This document shows positions 46,445 through 56,499 of a stretch of DNA of 64,000 nucleotides, piece by piece. The position numbers were made by a program, and so were the translations under genes. The stretch's first letter is position 1. Every line of letters begins with the position of its first letter. Source of the stretch: an uncultured delta proteobacterium (GTDB taxonomy: Bacteria; Myxococcota_A; Polyangia; Polyangiales; Houyiibacteriaceae); the NCBI GenBank assembly GCA_963817725.1, contig CAWFPD010000013.1, forward strand, positions 255,006-319,005, written 5' to 3'. The notes beneath the pieces were generated by a model. The model saw nothing but the letters and a program-made list of their open reading frames with translations, did no database searches and was not told where the DNA came from.

Positions 46445-48649
46445 ATGTCCTCGACTCCTACCACCAACGGAAGCCCGCAGGAAGCCCTCCCAGCTCCAAA
46501 GGAAGACAAGCGCGCGGCGCCGCCGGCGGCACCCGTCGATTTGGATTCTCCGCAGTACTACCTCAACCGCGAGCTCACCTGGCTCGCGTTCGTGAAGAGG
46601 GTGCTCCATGAGGCCGAGGACAAGCGCACACCTTTGCTCGAGCGGGTGAAGTTCCTCGCCATCACCGCGTCGATCCTCGACGAGTTCTTCATGAAGCGAA
46701 TTGGGGGCCTCAAGCAGCAGGTCGCCGCAGGCGTCCACAAGCTCACGGTCGACGGACGCACTCCCATTCAGCAGATCCAGGAGTGCCATGAGGTGATTCG
46801 CTCGATCACCATAGAGCAGCAGCGCCTCTGGGACGATCTCCGAAAGCGGCTCGACAATGCCGACATCGAGGTGGCTGGCTATACTACGCTATCCCCCGAC
46901 GACCAGCGCTGGCTTCGCGATCACTACCTCGAAAACATCTTTCCGCTGGTGACGCCGCAGGCGATGGATCCGGCGCATCCTTTTCCGTTCGTCTCCAACC
47001 TGTCGCTCAATCTGCTCGTCTCGCTCCACTACCCGAATGACCCGGCTCCGCTGTTGGCACGCGTCAAGGTACCGCTTGGTGCTGGGGTTCCGAGGTTCGT
47101 CCGGGTTCGTGATTCGCTCGTATTCGTCCCACTCGAAGGGATCATGGCCAACAATCTCGATCTCCTGTTTCCGGGGATGGTCATCGACCGGATCGAGCTT
47201 TTCCGCGTCACTCGAAACGCGGATGTCGAAGGCGACGAAGACAAGGCCGACGACCTGCTCGCCCTCATCGAGTCGGAGCTTCGAGAGCGCAAGTTCGCAC
47301 CGATCGTTCGACTTCAGGTGGCGCGCGGCATCGACTCGACTCACCGCGGCCGGCTCGCCGCGGAGCTCGGCCTCGACGAGCAGGCCGATGTCTTCGAGGT
47401 GGAGGGATTTCTCGGGCTTGCCGATCTGTTCGAGCTGGCGTCGCTCGACATCCCAGAGCACCGCGACCCAGATCACCGGCCGGTCGACACCCCCATTTTC
47501 GTGGGCCGAAGCAACATCTTCCACGCCATCCGCGATCAGGGCGCCCTTCTAGTCCACCATCCATACGAAGCGTTTGGCACCTCGGTGGAACGCTTCCTGC
47601 GCGAAGCGAGCGAGGACCCGAAGGTGCGAGCGATCAAGATGACGCTCTACCGGACATCCTCGAAGTCCCGCGTCATTCAGCATCTCGTCAATGCTGCGCT
47701 CAATGGGAAGCAAGTGGCTGTCGTCGTCGAGCTCAAAGCCCGCTTCGACGAGGAAGCCAACATCAACTGGGCTGCCAAGCTGGAGCAGGCCGGAATTCAC
47801 GTCACCTATGGGGTGGTCGGGCTCAAGACGCATTGCAAAGTCATTTTGGTAGTCAGGCAGGATCACAACGGACTGCGCCGATACGTGCACATCGGCACGG
47901 GCAACTATCACGAAGAGACGGCCAAGCTCTATTCGGACATCGGTCTCCTCACCTGCGACCCGGACATCGGCCGCGACGCAACCGAGCTCTTCAACTATCT
48001 CACCACCGGCTACAAGCCCAGCCGGAGCTACAAGAAACTGCTGCCAGCGCCGAAGATTTTGAAGCCTGCTTTGCTACGCAAGATTCGAAGAGAGGTTCGT
48101 CGCGTGGGAGAAGGCAAAAAGGGTCTCATTCAAATCAAGACCAATGCCTTGGAAGACGTCGATATCACACGAGCGCTCTACGAAGCGTCTCAGGCCGGTG
48201 TGCACATCGACCTGATCGTGCGCGATTCGTGCCGCCTTCGTCCGGGTGTTCCAGGTGTTTCGGACAACATCAAGGTCATCAGTATCGTCGGGCGCTTTCT
48301 CGAGCACTCGCGAATCTACTATTTTCACAACGGGGGGCAGGATGAATACTACATCGGCTCGGCCGACTGCATGACCCGTAACTTGGTGAGCCGCGTCGAG
48401 GTGCTCGCACCCGTGGAACCCGAGCCGCTGCAGCAAGAGCTTCGCACGATCTTCGACGTGTTGTTGAACGATCAACGCAGCGCTTGGGACATGCAGCCCG
48501 ATGGGACCTACGTGCAACGAAATGGCGGCAAAGGGGCGGAAAGCGCCCATCGGCAGCTCAGCCAATGGGCCGAGCGCAGGTTCGCCGAGGCCAATCGGCT
48601 GCGTAAGAGGAGCGCACGGGGTCCGCGCGGGCTTGCAGGAAGCGAGTAG
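46445..48649 (+). CDS. ppk1: Polyphosphate kinase 1
   Basis: YLNRELTWLAF, HHPY, ELKARFDEEAN, LKTHCK, GTGNY, GRFLEHSR. Confidence 0.96.
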   Translation: MSSTPTTNGSPQEALPAPKEDKRAAPPAAPVDLDSPQYYLNRELTWLAFVKRVLHEAEDKRTPLLERVKFLAITASILDEFFMKRIGGLKQQVAAGVHKLTVDGRTPIQQIQECHEVIRSITIEQQRLWDDLRKRLDNADIEVAGYTTLSPDDQRWLRDHYLENIFPLVTPQAMDPAHPFPFVSNLSLNLLVSLHYPNDPAPLLARVKVPLGAGVPRFVRVRDSLVFVPLEGIMANNLDLLFPGMVIDRIELFRVTRNADVEGDEDKADDLLALIESELRERKFAPIVRLQVARGIDSTHRGRLAAELGLDEQADVFEVEGFLGLADLFELASLDIPEHRDPDHRPVDTPIFVGRSNIFHAIRDQGALLVHHPYEAFGTSVERFLREASEDPKVRAIKMTLYRTSSKSRVIQHLVNAALNGKQVAVVVELKARFDEEANINWAAKLEQAGIHVTYGVVGLKTHCKVILVVRQDHNGLRRYVHIGTGNYHEETAKLYSDIGLLTCDPDIGRDATELFNYLTTGYKPSRSYKKLLPAPKILKPALLRKIRREVRRVGEGKKGLIQIKTNALEDVDITRALYEASQAGVHIDLIVRDSCRLRPGVPGVSDNIKVISIVGRFLEHSRIYYFHNGGQDEYYIGSADCMTRNLVSRVEVLAPVEPEPLQQELRTIFDVLLNDQRSAWDMQPDGTYVQRNGGKGAESAHRQLSQWAERRFAEANRLRKRSARGPRGLAGSE

Positions 48650-48674
48650 GGCGATGCGAGGCGCCCGTGATCCC

Positions 48675-49316
48675 ATGATGCTGCCCTCATGGGCAAGCCT
48701 GGTCCTCGTCGCCTTCGGGTGCGCAAACGGAGCCGCCGCGCAGCGAACGCTCATGGCATCTCCGACCTGCGAGGAGCTCACCATCATGGATTTTTTGGCG
48801 CGACTCGACGAAGAGGCGAGCCGTTACAAACGAGGCCTCAGCACCGAGGAACGGCGGGACCTATCACAGCTTCGCCGAGAGGTGTGCGCTCCCTACGTGG
48901 GATACCGGGTGACCCGCCAACCCACGACGACGTGGTCGAACGGGCGGCCGATCGTGCGCGGCTATCTCGAGATCAACCACCCAAACGGCCGGATCGCCAA
49001 AAGCAGGAGCGGGGAGTGGTTTTATCCCAGTGGAGCGAGGGCGAAGAGCGCGCTTGGCAAGTGGGAGTACGCCAACGGGATGCTGGCGCGGACTCCGAAG
49101 GGGCAGTGGTACACGCGGGAAGGAAAGTACGTCGAAGACCCGGACCAGTGGCGAGCCAAAGCCTGTGACTACCTCGGCAAGCACCTCTGTCCGATCGGAA
49201 AGGCCGACGAGGATTTGCTCGCGGTGACCATCATGGGGCTGGTCAACCACGTAGTGCCGCCCAAGGAAGAGCCGAAGCCCGATCGATCTCCCGATAAATC
49301 CGAAAAACCGGACTAG
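48675..49316 (+). CDS. Hypothetical exported/lipoprotein with 15-aa aromatic repeats
   Basis: Signal LVLVAFGC; repeats HPNGRIAKSRSGEWF / YPSGARAKSALGKWE / YANGMLARTPKGQWY. Confidence 0.65.
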   Translation: MMLPSWASLVLVAFGCANGAAAQRTLMASPTCEELTIMDFLARLDEEASRYKRGLSTEERRDLSQLRREVCAPYVGYRVTRQPTTTWSNGRPIVRGYLEINHPNGRIAKSRSGEWFYPSGARAKSALGKWEYANGMLARTPKGQWYTREGKYVEDPDQWRAKACDYLGKHLCPIGKADEDLLAVTIMGLVNHVVPPKEEPKPDRSPDKSEKPD

Positions 49317-49349
49317 GCCGTCGCTCCCGGTGTGGTAGAACCCACGCTC

Positions 49350-50207
49350 ATGATGGAGCCCTCTGTGCGAAGCGCCTCGGCCCGACCGGACCGTCAAACC
49401 CTGCTCGACCTCGCGAAGGCGTCGCCAGAAATCGCCGGGCAGCACGACAAGGAGCGCTGGCTCGCGCTGTATTCGGCCGATGCGATCCTCGAAGACCCCG
49501 TCGGCACACCCGCCTCACACAAGGGAAGGCGCCCGAGCCGCCGGGGTGACGAGCTCGGCCGATTTTACGAAGCGTTCATCGCACCCAGCCAAATCGAGAT
49601 GGTGATACGGCGCGACATCGTCTCGGACATGCACGTGTTTCGCGCGGTCGACATTCATACCACGAACCTGAAAACGGGCCTCAAGATGAAGGTCCCGGCG
49701 AACCTGCTCTATGAAATCGTCACCGATCGAGACGGCGGCCTCGCCATCGGGAGGATGCAGGCACACTGGGAGCTCAACCGCATGACCCGCATCTTGATGA
49801 GCCAAGGGCTCCTCGGAATGCGCACGATCGCCGTGATGAACTGGAGTATGTTGCGCGCGTTTGGACCCAAATGGCTTCTGACCTATTTCCAAGCATCCCA
49901 GCAGGGTGTCGGTCGCAAGGGCAAGGAGCTGATCGAGCGACTCGCGGCCGAGATCGACCAGGGGGGCGGCCGGTCCCTTGCAGCCGACGCCGTGGCGGAG
50001 CTGCCGGGCGCGACGACGGCTTCGCTCACGAGCTTCGCCGAGGGATGCACGGCTCTCGAAGTGCATGATCTGCTGGCTTCGGGCCAGACCGTCTCGGGGC
50101 TCGCGTCCCTCGGATGGGGCGGCCGCTCACGAGAGGCGGCATTCGTTGCGGAGCTCGATGCCGCCGGGTCGGCGGTGCGACGGCTTCGGTGGTTTTGGGA
50201 GGCATGA
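49350..50207 (+). CDS. SnoaL/NTF2-like (ketosteroid isomerase-like) protein
   Basis: HDKERWLALYSADAILEDPVG...RFYEAFIA...MQAHWE. Confidence 0.75.
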   Translation: MMEPSVRSASARPDRQTLLDLAKASPEIAGQHDKERWLALYSADAILEDPVGTPASHKGRRPSRRGDELGRFYEAFIAPSQIEMVIRRDIVSDMHVFRAVDIHTTNLKTGLKMKVPANLLYEIVTDRDGGLAIGRMQAHWELNRMTRILMSQGLLGMRTIAVMNWSMLRAFGPKWLLTYFQASQQGVGRKGKELIERLAAEIDQGGGRSLAADAVAELPGATTASLTSFAEGCTALEVHDLLASGQTVSGLASLGWGGRSREAAFVAELDAAGSAVRRLRWFWEA

Positions 50208-51283
50208 TTGTGAAGAAGGTTGCCATTGGGTTCGGTGCGGCGCTGGTGCTCGTGTTGCTTTATCTGTTCTTGTGGCCCGTGCCGATCGAGCCGGTATCGT
50301 GGCAACCGCATCCTGTCCCTGCGCTCGAGGGGAGCTTGGCACCCAACGAGGTGCTCGCCGGCATGGAGCTCTTTGCGACGCCGGACAGCCATGGTCCCGA
50401 GGATGTAGCCGTCGATGCGCAGGGACGGGTGTACGTCGGGGTAGAGGAAGGATTCATTCTCCGATACGCCCCAGACGGCTTGCACCCCGACCTGTTTGCG
50501 GACACGGGAGGGCGACCCCTGGGCTTGGACTTCGACAACGATGGCAACTTGATCGTCGCCGACGCCGTGGCCGGTCTGCTTTCGATCGATCCGAGCGGCA
50601 GCATCAAAGTGCTCTGCACCGAGGCCGGAGATCAACCGTTTGGTTTCACGGATGACGTCGATGTCGATTCCCAGAACGTCGCTTGGTTTTCCGACGCGTC
50701 GTACAAATGGAACCACGAACACGTGATGAACGAGGCGCTTGAAAACGCGCCCAACGGCCGATTGTTGAAGCACGATCTCGGAACGGCCGAGTGCTCGGTC
50801 GTCTTAACCGGGCTCCATTTTGCCAACGGGGTCGCGGTGGCTCCCGATGACACCTATGTGCTGGTCAACGAAACGATGCGCTACCGTACGAAGCGGGTGT
50901 ATGTGAGGGGCCCCCGGCAGGGCGAAGTGGAGATATTCGTCGACAATTTGCCTGGGTTTCCTGATGGAATTTCGACCGGTAAGGACGGGATCTTCTGGCT
51001 AGCGCTCTACGCGCCACGCAACGCCTTGCTGGACGAGGCCGGACCGAAACCGTGGTTACGCAAGGTCATCTATCGTATTCCGGCCGCGTTGCAGCCGAAG
51101 CCCGAGCGTCACCCCTTCGTCTTGGGGCTCGATGAGAGCGGCGAGGTCGTTTACAACCTTCAGGACGCGAACGGGAGCAACTTCTCCAAGACCACCAGCG
51201 CCGAGCAGGCTGGCGATTGGCTCTACATCGGAAGCCTCACCGAGCCCGCCTGGGGCCGGATTCGCATTTCGTCGCTTCCCTGA
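50204..51283 (+). CDS. Strictosidine synthase-like / SMP-30 beta-propeller
   Basis: GPEDVA, GGRPLGL, FTDDVD, FSDAS, LHFANGV, NLPGFPDGI. Confidence 0.9.
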   Translation: MIVKKVAIGFGAALVLVLLYLFLWPVPIEPVSWQPHPVPALEGSLAPNEVLAGMELFATPDSHGPEDVAVDAQGRVYVGVEEGFILRYAPDGLHPDLFADTGGRPLGLDFDNDGNLIVADAVAGLLSIDPSGSIKVLCTEAGDQPFGFTDDVDVDSQNVAWFSDASYKWNHEHVMNEALENAPNGRLLKHDLGTAECSVVLTGLHFANGVAVAPDDTYVLVNETMRYRTKRVYVRGPRQGEVEIFVDNLPGFPDGISTGKDGIFWLALYAPRNALLDEAGPKPWLRKVIYRIPAALQPKPERHPFVLGLDESGEVVYNLQDANGSNFSKTTSAEQAGDWLYIGSLTEPAWGRIRISSLP

Positions 51284-51357
51284 GTACGAAGACGTCGGCT
51301 TGCGGACCCCCTCGATTCCTTCGATTATCCGGTCCATTCTTGGATAGGAGCGGAGAG

Positions 51358-53487
51358 ATGGGACGGATTCGGCTGATTTGCTTGGGGCTCGCCTCGGCAA
51401 TCGCAATTGGGGGATGCGGCGAGAGCTCTTCGGGGTTGGGAGACGCCCGGGTCGTGGCCGAGGACGATGGGACCGTAGAGGTCGTCGTCGGCGAAAAGGT
51501 GCTGTTCGCGCTGGCACCTACCGGCCCGGTCGCACGCAACTTCAACGAACGACCTCTCGGCGTCGGCACGATTACATTCGAGCGCACGGGTCAAGTTTTC
51601 GACCCGCTGTCCGTGGTATCAGTGCACAGCGAAGGCGCCGGGGTCCGAGTCGAGTATGCGAGCCGCAGCTCCCGCAAGGCCACGTTGACCGCGGCTCCCC
51701 TCGATGACCAGGTGACCGAATTCCGCCTCGAGCTCGTCGGTCCCGCCGCAGATTCGATTGCGGTCGGCATTCGCTGCGATGCGGAAGGCACTTTTCACGG
51801 GTTTGGGGAGCAGTACAACGCAACCAATCAGCGGGGCGAGAGATTCCAGCTCCTCGTCAACGAACAGGGAAACGGCCGTGATGGAGGGCCGGGCGCATCG
51901 ATCGGCAATGAGCACACCACCTATTTCCCGATGCCCTATTACATCGATGCGCGCGGTTTCGGAGCGCTCTTCAGCACGACGCGCCGCGTGGACGTGGATC
52001 TGTGCACATCTGACGAGGACATCGCCTGGATCGAGGTCATCAGCGGGGCTCCCGTCCAGTGGCGCGTGTTCCATGGCCCCACGGGTCTCGACGTGATTCG
52101 GCAGCTCGGCGACCTGGTGGGCCGGCCGACGCAACCGCCGCCATGGGCATACAACCTGTGGATGGCCGCGCAGGGAGGCCGCGATGCCGTGGAGTCCGAG
52201 CGCGCGCAACTCGAAGCCGCCGGCGTTCCCACGGCCGCGTTTTGGGTGCAGGACTGGGGCGGGATTCGGATGAATTTCGACGGCGGCTTTGGCGTTCAGT
52301 ACATCTGGCAGGCCGACGAGGCGCTCTATCCGAGCTTCGCGTCCATGGTGTCGGCGTTTCATGCGGCGGGGTACAAGTTTCTCGCCTATGTGAATCCATT
52401 CATCGTCTACCCCGACAGCGTCGCAGCGGAAGACGACCCGACGCGCTTTGCTTGGCGGTTCAATCCCATGCAAGAGATGGGCCTTCTGCTCAAGAACCGG
52501 ATGGGAGAAACGTATAGAGACATCATCGTGCCAAACATTCCCCAGGCCGACGCACATCCCGACTTCTCGAACCCTGGTACCTTGGACTTCATTGCCGACT
52601 CTCTGAAGGACGTCGTCCGCACCTACGACGTAGACGGCTGGATGGCAGATTTTGGCGAGTGGGTTCCGGTGGATTCGGCGCCCCAGGACGGCAGCAACCC
52701 CATCGAGCGCCGCAACACGTTTCCAATCGACTGGCATCGCGCTTCGCGAGAAGCACTGGAGGGTGTTCGGCCGGACGGCGACTGGGTCAGCTTCGCGCGT
52801 TCCGGCTTCACGGGCGTACAGCGGGTGGCGCAGATTCACTGGGTTGGAGACCAACAAACCAGTTGGGGCGAGCTCGATGGGCTGCCGACCGTGGTCCCCG
52901 CCATGTTGAATCTCGGTTTGGCCGGGCAGCCGTTCGTGACACACGACATCGCCGGCTTCGCACGCGGCGATGGCCCTAGCACCAAGGAGCTGTTCGAGCG
53001 CTGGACCGAGCTCGGGGCGTTCACGCCGATCATGCGCACCCACGACGGTGCGGACAAGGTGAACAACTGGCGATGGAACACGGACGCGGAGACCACGGCG
53101 CACTTCCGCAGGTTCGCGTTCGTCCATTGCGCGCTGATGAACGACTTCATGATGCTTGCGGCCGAAGCCGAGACCAGCGGAGCCCCGATCCTCCGCCACC
53201 TCATGCTGGTCTTTCCCGATGACCGGGAAACGTGGAACATCAGCGACCAGTTCATGATCGGCGATTCGCTGCTCGTCGCTCCCGTGACGGAGAAGGGAGC
53301 CACGTCCCGTTCCGTCTACTTCCCCGAAGGCACCTGGTACGATGTCTGGACCGGAGATGCATTCGAAGGCGGTCAGCGCCGAACCGTCGCCGCGCCCATC
53401 GGAAGCCCTCCGGTCTTTTCACGCGCCCAAGACCGTGACGATCTTCGCAACGCAGAATCCATGCTCACTGTCGAAGACTGTCGCTAG
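51358..53487 (+). CDS. GH31 glycoside hydrolase lipoprotein, YihQ-like clade
   Basis: Lipobox AIGGC; WVQDW, DGWMADFGE nucleophile, HWVGDQ acid/base, HDIAGF, MRTHDG. Confidence 0.88.
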   Translation: MGRIRLICLGLASAIAIGGCGESSSGLGDARVVAEDDGTVEVVVGEKVLFALAPTGPVARNFNERPLGVGTITFERTGQVFDPLSVVSVHSEGAGVRVEYASRSSRKATLTAAPLDDQVTEFRLELVGPAADSIAVGIRCDAEGTFHGFGEQYNATNQRGERFQLLVNEQGNGRDGGPGASIGNEHTTYFPMPYYIDARGFGALFSTTRRVDVDLCTSDEDIAWIEVISGAPVQWRVFHGPTGLDVIRQLGDLVGRPTQPPPWAYNLWMAAQGGRDAVESERAQLEAAGVPTAAFWVQDWGGIRMNFDGGFGVQYIWQADEALYPSFASMVSAFHAAGYKFLAYVNPFIVYPDSVAAEDDPTRFAWRFNPMQEMGLLLKNRMGETYRDIIVPNIPQADAHPDFSNPGTLDFIADSLKDVVRTYDVDGWMADFGEWVPVDSAPQDGSNPIERRNTFPIDWHRASREALEGVRPDGDWVSFARSGFTGVQRVAQIHWVGDQQTSWGELDGLPTVVPAMLNLGLAGQPFVTHDIAGFARGDGPSTKELFERWTELGAFTPIMRTHDGADKVNNWRWNTDAETTAHFRRFAFVHCALMNDFMMLAAEAETSGAPILRHLMLVFPDDRETWNISDQFMIGDSLLVAPVTEKGATSRSVYFPEGTWYDVWTGDAFEGGQRRTVAAPIGSPPVFSRAQDRDDLRNAESMLTVEDCR

Positions 53488-53503
53488 AGCGAGTTCGGCG
53501 GTA

Positions 53504-55219
53504 GTGTCGGCGCCGGTGACGACACGGGGAGCCAGGTTGTGGGAGCGCCTCCATCCGGCCTGGGTGGGTCTCCTAGGACTGGCACTGTACTTGCGCACGA
53601 TCCCGTACGGGTTCGTCCTTCGTGATGATCCTTGGCTCATCCGCGACAATCTGCTTCTGCACCAGCCGAGCGCAGAATCGGTTTGGCGGATTCTGACCGA
53701 CTTTTCCTGGGAGCAGCGATATCGGCTGGGCGCCGAATATCTGCCGGTGCGGGACCTGTCGGTGATGCTCGACTATGCGCTCTACGGAGACTGGGTGGGC
53801 GGACAGCATCTCACTCAGGTGCTCCTCTACGGAGGCACGTGCGCCTTGCTCGCGTCCTTGGTGCTCGTTTTGTCCGAGAGCCGGCCGCTGGCGTGGCTGA
53901 CCGGCATTCTGTTCGCAACACATCCTGCCCATGTAGAGGTCGTGGCGTGGCTCTCGGAGCGAAAGGGTGCGCTTGGCGCGTTTTTCGTTTCGGGCTCGCT
54001 GCTCGCGGCGACGTCGTACCTCCGCCGAGGCGGGCTCGGGCGCGCCCTCATGGCATGCGGCCTCTTCCTATTGGCGGTTGGGTCCAAAGCGCTCACCATC
54101 GCTGGCGTAGGAGCGCTCGTGCTCGTCGTGCTGTGGCTCGATTCGCCGATCGAACGCAGACACAAAGCGCTTCTCGTCCTCGCATATGCGATGTCCGGTT
54201 TGCTGGCGTTCGTTCCAAACGTGTGGGTATCGCGCTCCCTCGGCGTGATCGTTCCGTACCACGGAGCAGGATTCACCGATACGCTCCTCCTCTTCTTTCA
54301 GGCGCATACCCAGTACCTGAAGTTGATGGCCTACGTCGGTCCGTATGCGATCGAGTATCCGGTCGAGCCCGGAGAGGTTGCGCTCGGACGTTGGCTGCCT
54401 GGGGCGATCGCCGCTGCGGCCGGGCTCGCGGCGGTGTGTTGGGCTCTGATCGACCGGTCGAAGCGCAACACCGCAACGTTTGGCATCGCATGGTGGTTCG
54501 TGTTCTTGGCGCCGGTCAGCCACTTGCTCGTGCCAGTTCAGAACTATGCAGCGGATCGGTATCTTTTGTTGCCGGGCCTCGGGCTGCTTCTCGCCTTCGG
54601 CGTGCTGCTGATGAAGCTTCCAACGACTGCATCCGCGCCTCTCAGCATTGCTGCGGTCGCCGTCGGCTGCGCATGGACCCTCGTCCAGACACCCGTGTGG
54701 TCGAGCACGGAGCGGCTCTACGAGAACGCTGTTCGCGTCGATCCGAGCAATGCGGGGGCGTGGGATGAGCTCGCTTCCTTGGCCTCCGATCGGGGGGACC
54801 TCGAGCAAGCCTGGACTGATACGCATCAGGGGCTCGCGCGATCGCCCGGTGACTGGCAGCTCCTCCATCGACAAGGCCTTCTTCTCGCTTCGGAGGGCAA
54901 GCTCGATGCGGCCATCGAGACCATGCGGCGAGCTGCGTCCGTCCCCGAGGCCCACAAAGCGTACGCGAACCTTGCGCTGCTGTACCTGAAACGAGGCGAT
55001 CGCGAAGATGCGCTACGGACGGCGGAGGAGGCCGTGCGGCTTCAACCCGATACGTCGCACAACCAACGCGTACTCGGGATCGTCACCTTCGAGCTCGGCC
55101 AGGTCGCAAGGGCTTGCCGCGCCTTCGAGCGGGCTTTTGCGCTCGATCCCTATGATCAGGACAATGTGCGCAATCTCGACCTATGTGCGAAGACCCGGCC
55201 GGAGCCTATCCGTCCATGA
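53504..55219 (+). CDS. TMTC-like GT-C membrane protein with C-terminal TPRs
   Basis: FVLRDD..I..N, YLPVRDLS, HPAHVEVVAWLSERK, ADRYLLLP, followed by TPR helices; start approximate. Confidence 0.78.
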   Translation: MSAPVTTRGARLWERLHPAWVGLLGLALYLRTIPYGFVLRDDPWLIRDNLLLHQPSAESVWRILTDFSWEQRYRLGAEYLPVRDLSVMLDYALYGDWVGGQHLTQVLLYGGTCALLASLVLVLSESRPLAWLTGILFATHPAHVEVVAWLSERKGALGAFFVSGSLLAATSYLRRGGLGRALMACGLFLLAVGSKALTIAGVGALVLVVLWLDSPIERRHKALLVLAYAMSGLLAFVPNVWVSRSLGVIVPYHGAGFTDTLLLFFQAHTQYLKLMAYVGPYAIEYPVEPGEVALGRWLPGAIAAAAGLAAVCWALIDRSKRNTATFGIAWWFVFLAPVSHLLVPVQNYAADRYLLLPGLGLLLAFGVLLMKLPTTASAPLSIAAVAVGCAWTLVQTPVWSSTERLYENAVRVDPSNAGAWDELASLASDRGDLEQAWTDTHQGLARSPGDWQLLHRQGLLLASEGKLDAAIETMRRAASVPEAHKAYANLALLYLKRGDREDALRTAEEAVRLQPDTSHNQRVLGIVTFELGQVARACRAFERAFALDPYDQDNVRNLDLCAKTRPEPIRP

Positions 55220-55222
55220 CGT

Positions 55223-55600
55223 TTGGGAGCACCTACGGTGCGTGAGCTCGGCATCGTCGTCGCGATCACCGCGCTGATGTGCATGCTGAGCGGACTCTGG
55301 TTTGCTCCCTGGGAAACCCTCTATCATGCCGGTATTTGGGTCACAGCAGTCGGGTTCGTGGTGGGCGTGCCGACGGGCTTCGTCTACCATCTCCGGCTCT
55401 ATCAAACGTTAGGACCCCGAGGTGAGCTGCCCCGGGGCTGGTATTGGCGGCCGCTGCGCTTCAACGCGCTCCTTCACGAGGACGAGCGCGCGGGTGTGAT
55501 GGCCTGGTGCTACATAGGCGGTTTCGGCTTCGTGATCATCTGCATCGGCCTTCTCATGGTGGGCTCTGGAGTTTCGTTGGCCCTAATTCGCGGCGTCTGA
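55223..55600 (+). CDS. Hypothetical membrane protein (3 TM)
   Basis: Hydrophobic ORF filling the gap in operon orientation. Confidence 0.6.
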   Translation: MGAPTVRELGIVVAITALMCMLSGLWFAPWETLYHAGIWVTAVGFVVGVPTGFVYHLRLYQTLGPRGELPRGWYWRPLRFNALLHEDERAGVMAWCYIGGFGFVIICIGLLMVGSGVSLALIRGV

Positions 55601-55608
55601 AACTTCCC

Positions 55609-56490
55609 TCATGCATCGCCCGTCCGTCGGAGCTGGGCGACGGTTCGAAGCGTGGCTTTGGAGCGATTGAGGGTGTAGAAGTGCAACCCGGGGGCGCCCC
55701 CCCTGAGCAGATCTCGGCACTGCTCGGCGGCGAAGTCGACCCCCGCCCGCAGACCAGCCTCGTCATCGTCGCCTGCATCGCGAAGTGCGGCTTCGAGGGA
55801 TCGCGGGATCGTGGTGCCAGGCGAAAGGGAAGCGATGCGCTGCAGATTCGCGAGGCTCAGCAGCGGCATGATTCCTGGCACGATGGGAACGTGGATGCCT
55901 TCGGCGCGAACTGCCTCCACGAAGCGCCAGTACTTGTCATTGTCGAAAAAAAGCTGGGTGATCAAGAACTCTGCGCCTGCCTCGACCTTGCGCTTGAGGT
56001 TTCGGATGTCGGCTTCGAGGCTCGGGGCTTCGTGGTGCTTTTCGGGATAGCAGGCGCCGCCAATCCCGAGGGAAAATCCGGCCTGAACGAATGCGGTCAG
56101 CTCGCTTGCGTAACGAAATCCGCCTTCTACCGGCCTCCAGTGCTCATCGCCCCTGGGTGGATCGCCCCGTAACGCCAAGATGTTGTGGATGCCGCGGGCC
56201 TGCATGTAGCGCAGCGTCGCGTCGAGCTCGGACTTGGTCGTGCCCGTACACACCAAGTGCGCCATCGTGGGGATTCCGAATTTCTCTTGAACTTCGATGG
56301 CCAGATCTGCGGTTCGTTCGCGGGTCGTGCCCGCCGCCCCGCAGGTGATCGAAACGAAGCCCGGCTCGATCGTCTGAAGACGCTCAATCGCGCGAAACAA
56401 CCCCTGCCGACCAGCGGTATTCTTGGGCGTGAAAAACTCGAGGGACAAAACGGGGCCCCGCCCAGACGTGTACAAGTCGGCGATGCGCAT
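55609..56490 (-). CDS. metF: Methylenetetrahydrofolate reductase
   Basis: SLEFFTPK, AHLVC, LALRGDPP, YPEKH, ITQLFFD, LHFYTLN. Confidence 0.95.
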   Translation of the reverse strand: MRIADLYTSGRGPVLSLEFFTPKNTAGRQGLFRAIERLQTIEPGFVSITCGAAGTTRERTADLAIEVQEKFGIPTMAHLVCTGTTKSELDATLRYMQARGIHNILALRGDPPRGDEHWRPVEGGFRYASELTAFVQAGFSLGIGGACYPEKHHEAPSLEADIRNLKRKVEAGAEFLITQLFFDNDKYWRFVEAVRAEGIHVPIVPGIMPLLSLANLQRIASLSPGTTIPRSLEAALRDAGDDDEAGLRAGVDFAAEQCRDLLRGGAPGLHFYTLNRSKATLRTVAQLRRTGDA

Positions 56491-56499
56491 GTGAAAGCT

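Noticed and set aside
51619-53199. 526-aa minus-strand ORF
   Set aside because: Antisense mirror of the GH31 gene, no recognisable domain
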